Below are positions 36,701 to 42,748 of a DNA stretch of 42,748 bases, one piece after another. Made by a program: the position numbers and the translations under genes. The stretch's first letter is position 1, and every line of letters starts with the position of its first letter. Source of the DNA: a virus (Duplodnaviria; Caudoviricetes); IMG/VR virus record IMGVR_UViG_3300036797_000126, positions 1-42,748 of that record. One strand, 5' to 3'. The notes beneath the pieces were generated by a model that searched no databases, was not told the origin of the DNA, and saw only the letters and a program-made list of their open reading frames with translations.

Positions 36701-38532
36701 TCAAAGCTGTTGCGGCTACAAGTGGAAATGAACGAAAGTTAAGTTTGTATAACTATCCGAGTAGCACTACGAAATCTATTGTGGAATGGGTTGCCTTGTA
36801 TAAAGGAAATAAGCCGCAGGATTGGACGCCACCGCCTGAAGATCAAGTAACAACCGATGAATTCACCAAGAAAACAACCGAGATTGAAAAAAGTGTGGAT
36901 GGGGTTAAAACAAATGTAACAAACGTTCAAAACAACCAAGCTGGATTTGAAAAGCGGATGACTACTGTTGAGCAAACAGCAAGCGGATTATCTTCCACAG
37001 TTAGTAATTTAAACAATGTAGTCGATTCCCAAGGGAAGAAGCTTACTGATGCCAATTCTAAACTTGAACAACAGGCAAAGGAAATTGGGGCTAAAGTAGC
37101 AATCAAGGAAGTAGAGGATTATGTTGCTGGTTTTAAGATTCCTGATTTGAAGAATACGGTTAATCAAAATAAAACCGACTTACTAAATGAATTAGCTAAC
37201 AAACTAGCAACTGAGCAATACAATCAAAAAATGACTCAAATTGATAATCGCTTTACTATCAATGAGCAAGGTATAAATGCATCAGCCAAAACAACAGAAG
37301 TATATACAAAAGAACAAGCGAATGGGCAATTTGCTACCTCAGGATATGTAAGAGATATGGAAAGTCGCCTTCAGCTAACTGAAAAGGGCGTTAGCATATC
37401 TGTAAAAGAAAATGATGTCATTGCAGCATTCAATATGAGTAAAGAAAACATTAAGCTAAATGCGGCACGAATAGATTTAGTCGGAAAAGTAAAAGCAGAG
37501 TGGTTAATGGCTGGCTTGTTAAGCGGTTGCCAAATCAGAACATCAAATACCAATAACTATGTAAGCCTAGACGACCAATTTTTACGTCTATATGAAAGCG
37601 GTGTCCCTAGAGCGTTTCTTGGATATTACCGAAGACGAGACGGTGCAGTACAACCCACTTTCATCTTAGGATCAGATGAAAAAACTAGCGCTCCTGAAGG
37701 TACTTTATTTATATCTCAAATGGGGACCGGATGGCCTCAAGCTAGTGCGAACATTGGTATTACTGATGACATGGTTGATAGTGAGATAAGAAAATCTGTG
37801 TTTTGGGAGCTTAACAGAAACGGAATTAGTGTTCTACACGCAAACGACTATCATGCTCTTTATGCCGGAAATGGAAACTGGTATTTCAGAAGAGGCAAAA
37901 GCGGGCTATATCAATCTACATTAGCAATCGAAGATAATAGCTCAGATGCAGATTTAAGATTACCTAATATCACATTACGTAATAGCCGTGTAGCAGGATA
38001 TACCGGAGTTCTCCAAGTTAAGTCATCTGTTACTCAAAACGGATGGGGCGCTGTTCAAGGTAACTTTATGAGCCCTTCGCTACGTGAATATAAATCTAAT
38101 ATTCGTGATGTGTCTTTTTCTGCTTTAGAAAAAATTAGAAATGTTAGAGTAAGAGAATTTAATTATAAGAACGCGGTAAATGAGCTTTACAAAATGAGAG
38201 AAGAGAAAGATCCCAATGACCCACCAGTAACAACGCAAGATATAAAAAAGTATTATGGAGCAATTGTAGATGAATCTGATGAAGCAATTGTGGATGAAAG
38301 TGGGAAAGGGATTCACTTGTATTCATACGCATCCCTTACAATAAAAGCTTTACAAGAATTAGAAGTTAAACAGGATGAAAAAATTAAAGCGTTGGAAGAA
38401 AAACATGCTCAAGAAATCAAAGAATTAGAAGAAAGATACAAATCAGATATGGAACAAATGAACCATAGAGTTGAAGTTTTAGAACAATTATTAGTTCGAA
38501 AATTAATAAACGAGAAACCGGAGCAGCCATAA
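33715..38532 (+). CDS. Tail-associated (Tal)/tail fibre protein with coiled coils, two CBM-like inserts and C-terminal intramolecular chaperone (S74-like)
   Basis: 1605 aa; N-terminal prophage-endopeptidase-like region; NLL...W...PED-bounded modules; PSLREYKSNI cleavage motif. Confidence 0.8.
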   Translation: MRTPSGILHVVDFKTDQIVSAIQPQDYWDDKRHWEIKNNIDTLDFTTFDGTEHAITLQQQNLVLKEVRDGRIIPYVITETEKNSDNRSITPYSSGAWVQIAKSGIINPQRIESKTVNEFIDMALLGMKWKRGNTEYAGFHTMTIDEFIDPLTFLKKIASLFDLEIQYRVEVVGSQITGWYVDMVKKRGQETGKEIELGKDLVGIKRIEHSREICTALVGFVRGEEEKIITVESINNGLPYITDSDAFQRWNEHGKHKFGFYTPETEEQNMTPQRLMTLMKTEFKKRVNTSVSYEVEAQSIGRVFGLAHELINEGDTIKIKDTGFTPELYLEARVIAGDESFTDPTQDKYVFGDYREIVDPNEELRKIYNRILGSLGNKQEMIDQLDKLVKEANETASKAKEESEAAKTLAEKVQENIKNNTVEIIEAKNPPTSGLKPYKTLWRDISNGKPGILKIWTGTAWESVVPDVESVKKETLEQVSKDIESTKTELNQKVQSVEGKAQEIAGQIVDVQKQINGKVDQTWINTQLKDKADKSGVFTKDEINNGFIGKQIYETDKQGNVKKFQEISTSFEQTNETIKSKAEKQSVTDLGNNLSQVSKVANEAKQTAEGNTSTITSLQATVNKINDDVTNLLIDSGTFEGADTDLTKGKRWYLKGTGNSGKISADNFQGNAVFETQSSWAGIGYNFKDLVDRGVVKLDDKVNYSFYARMKGLPNGQTKPHTFFFRGTASGTRWTDLNNQWKRYSVTFTVTAEMLATSGIVVESYMRTEAEENTGAYGWYQQSQPQLTIGDKLYTWRTAPEDNATIAKKSNEIKQTVDSNIITIQNIQKDQSKLTERVTESEQTADGFKTSIESLTKKDTEISNKLNTVESTVEGTKKTISDVQQTTNDLKKTTTEITEQAGKISEKLTSVETKVNSDKAGGRNLLSKSNVKYEKTDYLINQYSLTENFSTGEEYTFVIKGTVPAGQKFGIWMNGGSSNVGYATSVYANGITYVTFKAVAATSGNERKLSLYNYPSSTTKSIVEWVALYKGNKPQDWTPPPEDQVTTDEFTKKTTEIEKSVDGVKTNVTNVQNNQAGFEKRMTTVEQTASGLSSTVSNLNNVVDSQGKKLTDANSKLEQQAKEIGAKVAIKEVEDYVAGFKIPDLKNTVNQNKTDLLNELANKLATEQYNQKMTQIDNRFTINEQGINASAKTTEVYTKEQANGQFATSGYVRDMESRLQLTEKGVSISVKENDVIAAFNMSKENIKLNAARIDLVGKVKAEWLMAGLLSGCQIRTSNTNNYVSLDDQFLRLYESGVPRAFLGYYRRRDGAVQPTFILGSDEKTSAPEGTLFISQMGTGWPQASANIGITDDMVDSEIRKSVFWELNRNGISVLHANDYHALYAGNGNWYFRRGKSGLYQSTLAIEDNSSDADLRLPNITLRNSRVAGYTGVLQVKSSVTQNGWGAVQGNFMSPSLREYKSNIRDVSFSALEKIRNVRVREFNYKNAVNELYKMREEKDPNDPPVTTQDIKKYYGAIVDESDEAIVDESGKGIHLYSYASLTIKALQELEVKQDEKIKALEEKHAQEIKELEERYKSDMEQMNHRVEVLEQLLVRKLINEKPEQP

Positions 38533-38568
38533 GCTGTTTTTTATTTTGTCTGAAAAGGGAGATGAGCG

Positions 38569-38805
38569 ATGCTTATGCCGGAAGAAATTTTTAAATTAGC
38601 GTTATCACAAGGGCTCTTAGCAGTCCTTTTTGTTTGGCTATTTTTCGATTCGCGTAAAGAAAGCAAGGAGCGCGAAGGTAAATATCAGTTAGTCATCGAG
38701 AAGAACCAGGAGGTAATCGAAACGCAAGCGCAAGCCTTCGGTTCACTATCGAAAGATGTAACAGAAATTAAACAGATTTTAAATACGAAGGAGGATGTAA
38801 AATGA
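38569..38805 (+). CDS. BhlA/UviB-family holin
   Basis: QG..AVLFVWL......K.RE.KYQ..I pattern. Confidence 0.85.
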   Translation: MLMPEEIFKLALSQGLLAVLFVWLFFDSRKESKEREGKYQLVIEKNQEVIETQAQAFGSLSKDVTEIKQILNTKEDVK

Positions 38806-39929
38806 AACGTATCAATAAACTATTAATCTCAAAACTAACGTTGACACTGGCTACCGTAATGGTAGTCTTTTTTTCGTTCATGGGTGGGGCGTTTGCTGAG
38901 TCGATTAACCACATGCTCATCCCAGATTTACCTAAACAAGCATATCGTCACGGAGTCGGTGCATACGAAGGGGTCGTAGCTCATTCGACCGCCACTCCGG
39001 AAGCACCCGCTATTAATATTCGAAACTATGAAGCTCGCACATGGCATAACGCTTTCGTTCATTTCGCAACGGATTGGAACGAAACGATTCAAATTGCCGA
39101 TACGAAATACATCGCTTATGGTGCAGGTCCAGCGGCAAATAAACGTTTCGTCCACGTTGAATTATCCGAAACTAGTAATCCAGCGAAGTTTAAATCTTCG
39201 TATGAGCGCTACGTTAAATTACTAGCGAAGATTCTTAAGGATAACGGTCTATCGGTCGAACAAGGTTTATGGACTCACGAAGATGTTACGCAAAAACTAG
39301 GCGGTACTGATCACGAAGACCCTCGTGCATACTTAGCTTCTCACGGCGTATCTATCACCCAGTTACGTGCTGATGTAAAGAAAGCGTACGATAATAACGA
39401 AGTGTCTGTCGAAGTTAAACCGGTAAACCCAACGGAACCTACTAAGCCGGTTAAGCCTGAAGTACCTAGCGTTACTCCAACTAACGGTATTGCATATATC
39501 GATGGTACAAACGTTAACTTACGAAAAGGCCCTAGCGCTGACTACCCTAAGATTCATAAATTAAATAAACCGGAAGTTTACCAAGTATGGGGCGAAGTAA
39601 ACGCAGCTAACGGCAAGTGGTTAAACTTAGGTGGTGACCAATGGGTGAAATACGATTCGTCTTATATTCGTTATGATAAAGGTATCAATAACGAGAATAC
39701 TAACGTTTTAGGTAAACGTGTCGTATCGAAAGTAAACGACTTGAACTTCTATACGAAAGCTACGTGGAATAAATCATACCTAGCGGGCACTGTTGACGCA
39801 GGACTCGGCTTTACTATCGACGCCAAAGTTGACGTTGACGTAAACGGTTCGCCTCAATACCGCGTGCACAATTCGAAAGGAAATACGTACTACATTACGG
39901 CTAGTCCGACTTATGTGAATGTGAAGTAA
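38802..39929 (+). CDS. Endolysin: N-acetylmuramoyl-L-alanine amidase (Amidase_2) with Sec signal peptide and SH3-like binding domains
   Basis: AHSTA, HVEL, WTH, DHEDP; N-terminal KR/hydrophobic/AFA signal; NLRKGPS SH3b. Confidence 0.9.
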   Translation: MKRINKLLISKLTLTLATVMVVFFSFMGGAFAESINHMLIPDLPKQAYRHGVGAYEGVVAHSTATPEAPAINIRNYEARTWHNAFVHFATDWNETIQIADTKYIAYGAGPAANKRFVHVELSETSNPAKFKSSYERYVKLLAKILKDNGLSVEQGLWTHEDVTQKLGGTDHEDPRAYLASHGVSITQLRADVKKAYDNNEVSVEVKPVNPTEPTKPVKPEVPSVTPTNGIAYIDGTNVNLRKGPSADYPKIHKLNKPEVYQVWGEVNAANGKWLNLGGDQWVKYDSSYIRYDKGINNENTNVLGKRVVSKVNDLNFYTKATWNKSYLAGTVDAGLGFTIDAKVDVDVNGSPQYRVHNSKGNTYYITASPTYVNVK

Positions 39930-39950
39930 CATGTGCGTTTATTGAACATA

Positions 39951-39985
39951 GAAAAGACCGCCTATTACGGGCGGTCAGTTTTTTT
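39951..39985. terminator. Bidirectional terminator between convergent genes
   Basis: aaaagaccgcct-atta-cgggcggtc-agttttttt. Confidence 0.75.
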
Positions 39986-40898
39986 ATTTTTTTACTACTC
40001 CTCCAGCGACACCAGATAGAGTCATGGCATCCGCGATTGTATTTACATTTGTTTCTGGGGTTCCATAGAATGCATCTAAAGCTCCGATAAACCAATCAGC
40101 ATCAACTGTAACTGTGTAGCCATTAGACTTCCAGTTACTAATTAGTCGGTTTGTTAATGTTCGTTTCTCTGCATCGGATAACTTTAGCCACGCTTCACCC
40201 TTACTGTTTGCATCAACAGTTGTAGTCTGAACTTCATTTTGTTTAGGTTGTTGTTGTACTTCTTGTTGCTCGCGTTGTTCTTGTTCTTTTTTTATTTTAG
40301 CTCGTTCTTGTTGCGCTTCTTGTTCAGAAAATCCGTTTTCAATAGATATTATATTTTTTGTGTCAATGTCAATTTTATATTTATCGTAAGAAATATTGTG
40401 AATTTTTACTAATTTATCTCCGCTATATAGTTTTTCTACTTCATATTTACTTCCAAGTTTATCAATGAGATGTTTATTTGTAGAAGTATATTCTGCAGTT
40501 GAAACATCAATAAGTATTTTCACATAGTATTGTCCGTTTTCGACAAGTTGTGACGGGGAAATAGTTGTTTGTAATTTACCATCTTTAAATACCTCACTAC
40601 TTGTAGCGGTATAATTGTATTCATCTGATTTTTTTGAACTGTATACTTTTATGGTTGCTTTTGTAGAATCAGGAATATTGGTAGTTAAGGATAATTTGAG
40701 TTTATTTGTCTCCTTATTATAATCTAACGTATCTAATTGTGCGGATAGTTTTTCTTTTTGTGGTTCAGAGGTAGCATCTTTAACTTTAGTAGATGACTCT
40801 GTATTCGATGCCGGTTTATCACCGAATATTACTTTAATAGAGAAACAAAAAATTATAGCTATAAAGACAACTAATATGACAGTCCTAGTTTTAATCAA
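39984..40898 (-). CDS. Membrane-anchored extracytoplasmic protein (moron)
   Basis: One N-terminal TM; AAGGAG RBS; convergent with the lysis genes; AT-rich. Confidence 0.75.
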   Translation of the reverse strand: MIKTRTVILVVFIAIIFCFSIKVIFGDKPASNTESSTKVKDATSEPQKEKLSAQLDTLDYNKETNKLKLSLTTNIPDSTKATIKVYSSKKSDEYNYTATSSEVFKDGKLQTTISPSQLVENGQYYVKILIDVSTAEYTSTNKHLIDKLGSKYEVEKLYSGDKLVKIHNISYDKYKIDIDTKNIISIENGFSEQEAQQERAKIKKEQEQREQQEVQQQPKQNEVQTTTVDANSKGEAWLKLSDAEKRTLTNRLISNWKSNGYTVTVDADWFIGALDAFYGTPETNVNTIADAMTLSGVAGGVVKK

Positions 40899-41079
40899 AA
40901 CTTCATCTCCTTTTTAATATATAAAATACATAATTAATAAATATAATAATATAACGTTTTTGAATTGAAGTAAATATTTCCATGTGTTTTATATAAAGAT
41001 GTTTAAGTAATAATAAATTGAATTTTAGACAGTATTGAAAAAAAACTTATCTAATATTTTCTTAAAAAGCCTTCTAAAA

Positions 41080-41114
41080 GAACGTAAGTTCGCATATAAT
41101 AAGAACAAACGTTC
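41080..41114 (+). promoter_or_regulatory. Two LexA (DinR) SOS boxes flanking a -10 element
   Basis: GAAC-gtaa-GTTC (41080-41091), TATAAT (41095-41100), GAAC-aaac-GTTC (41103-41114). Confidence 0.88.
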
Positions 41115-41135
41115 TTGATGTTAGGAGTGATTACC

Positions 41136-42401
41136 TTGTATGATTATTCTCTTTTGCCTAAGCGGATTATATTATGCGTCGATTTGCGTAGCTTTTATGC
41201 AAGCGTATCATGTATCAAAAGAGGATTAGACCCACGGTATACAAAACTTGCCGTAGTAGGTGATGTAAATCGAAGCGGATCAATAGTACTAGCGGCAACG
41301 CCACCACTTAAAGCGTTAGGGATTAAGAAAATGGCTCGGTTATATGAGATACCTAAACGACCAGATATAATTATCGTTAATCCAATCATGCATACATGTA
41401 TTAAATGTTCGAATTACATAACGAAACTAGCGTTACAGTACGTAGCGCCTGAAGACTTTCACCAGTATTCCATAGATGAATTCTTTATGGATATGACGTC
41501 TTCTTTACATTTATTTGGGGATAACCCGTATGAGTTTTCGCTGAAGTTAAAGAACGAGATTTACGCCCGGACTCGTATCGAATGTACTATCGGCATTGGT
41601 CCGAATTTGCTAATGAGTAAAGTAGCCATGGACATCGAAGCAAAAAAGAATGATGACGGTATAACACAATGGACGTATGACGATATACCCGAGAAGTTAT
41701 GGAGTATTAGACCACTCAGTAAATTTTGGGGTATATCGTATAAAACGGAGGAGAAGTTAAATCGGAAGGGTATACGCACAATAGGTGACCTAGCGAATTA
41801 CCCGTTGAAGTATATGAAGCAAAGTTTCGGAGTGATCGGCGAGGAGCTCCACTTACATGGTAACGGCATAGATTTAAGCCGTATATCGGAAAAGCATGTA
41901 CCAACGGAAACTTCTATCGCTAAAAGCCAGATACTATTACGTGATTATACAATAGATGAATTTCCTATAATTTTGCTAGAGCATACCGAGGAAGTGTGTT
42001 ATCGATTGCGAAGACAAAATAAGTTCGCTCGAACGGTACATTTTTCGATTGGTTATAGCAAAGGATACGGAGGCGGTATACGTAAATCACATACGTTAAA
42101 TCGACCGACTAACCTAACGATGGATATTTATAATGTTTGTACATATTATTTACACACGCTATACACAGGAGAGCCAATTCGAACGGTTAGTATATCGTTA
42201 ACGAATCTAGTTACCGAAGGGGAAGAGCAGATTTCGTTATTTGATAACGTAGTGCAGCGTGAAAAGGAAGTAAAGTTAACTCGAGCCATGGACGAAATAC
42301 GTACTCGGTTCGGTAAAAATAGTATATTACGAGGCGTTTCCTATACGAAAAATGCAACCGCAAGATATAGAAACACATTACTAGGAGGACATAAATCATG
42401 A
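41136..42401 (+). CDS. Y-family (UmuC/UvrX-like) error-prone DNA polymerase
   Basis: CVDLRSFYAS, YSIDEFF, LLGGH C-terminus; TTG 41136 after an AGGAG RBS. Confidence 0.9.
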   Translation: MYDYSLLPKRIILCVDLRSFYASVSCIKRGLDPRYTKLAVVGDVNRSGSIVLAATPPLKALGIKKMARLYEIPKRPDIIIVNPIMHTCIKCSNYITKLALQYVAPEDFHQYSIDEFFMDMTSSLHLFGDNPYEFSLKLKNEIYARTRIECTIGIGPNLLMSKVAMDIEAKKNDDGITQWTYDDIPEKLWSIRPLSKFWGISYKTEEKLNRKGIRTIGDLANYPLKYMKQSFGVIGEELHLHGNGIDLSRISEKHVPTETSIAKSQILLRDYTIDEFPIILLEHTEEVCYRLRRQNKFARTVHFSIGYSKGYGGGIRKSHTLNRPTNLTMDIYNVCTYYLHTLYTGEPIRTVSISLTNLVTEGEEQISLFDNVVQREKEVKLTRAMDEIRTRFGKNSILRGVSYTKNATARYRNTLLGGHKS

Positions 42402-42748
42402 CTGACATGAGCAATAGTAATATGCCGAAGGGAAGAGGCATGATCAAGTGGCAGCCTTTTGCAAGTATGCCGGAACAGTTCGCTGGTATCCGATCTATCA
42501 TCAAGGAAAGTACGAAAGTGCCACGTCCTATCATGACGCAAGACGTCCAGGAACGGATTGGAAATCGATTACTTACTTCGTTACTAGTCGAAGAGGAGAT
42601 ACTTATTACATACTACGAAGATGGCTACGTATGTACGAATTACTATACCGTCGTGGACATCGATCCTTTAGAAAAGATTGTCATCTGCACGGATGCTTTT
42701 CGTCACAAGAATACGTTTAAGTTTATCGATATTATTGACGTGAATTAA
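42398..42748 (+). CDS. YolD-like accessory protein
   Basis: RGMIKWQPFASMPEQ motif; coupled to the Y-family polymerase. Confidence 0.85.
   Translation: MTDMSNSNMPKGRGMIKWQPFASMPEQFAGIRSIIKESTKVPRPIMTQDVQERIGNRLLTSLLVEEEILITYYEDGYVCTNYYTVVDIDPLEKIVICTDAFRHKNTFKFIDIIDVN

Larger units (their letters stand above)
11310..42748 (+). mobile_element. Siphovirus-like prophage segment (boundaries not defined)
   Basis: Contiguous packaging, head, tail and lysis modules; no att site or integrase/repressor module seen in the window. Confidence 0.85.

Noticed and set aside
33715-39929. Diversity-generating retroelement or invertible tail-fibre cassette
   Set aside because: No reverse transcriptase, no TR/VR pair and no inverted tail-gene duplicates seen by eye.
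1-42748. tRNA, rRNA, IS elements, attL/attR
   Set aside because: No cloverleaf, rRNA signature, transposase ORF or boundary direct repeat recognised; a short att core could be missed without alignment.

Overview
AT-rich Bacillus cereus-group-type DNA in three parts. (1) 1-8042: large conjugative-plasmid-type backbone (pXO1-like, from my recollection of the family). It holds a giant VirB6/TrbL-like membrane protein with internal repeats, a three-domain cell-wall hydrolase and small membrane genes. (2) About 8120-11290: an accessory array in which nine copies of a degenerate ~21-bp site (consensus wAwyAAAA-kcgtT-ATTtk) separate five tiny ORFs and three ORF-less units. Each ORF-less unit looks like an antisense small-RNA gene, and two carry sporulation-sigma (sigG, sigK)-type promoters. 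An ORF-less group IIB intron sits exactly in the ninth site and is followed by a candidate ~350-nt structured ncRNA with a consensus sigA promoter. (3) 11310-42748: a siphovirus-like prophage segment. It contains NrdH-like and sigma-70 region 4 genes, candidate defence morons (DUF4062-like, HEPN), a RepL-like gene with iteron-like repeats, an HNH nuclease, TerS, a short tyrosine recombinase flanked by dyad sites, TerL, portal, head and tail genes, holin, a signal-peptide endolysin and a LexA-controlled Y-family polymerase/YolD pair. No phage integrase/repressor module or att site is visible at the left junction. The main hypothesis is an integron-like cassette system with protein and sRNA cassettes, possibly served by the short tyrosine recombinase family and parasitised by a site-targeting group II intron. 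All family calls come from motif recognition by eye, not database searches.
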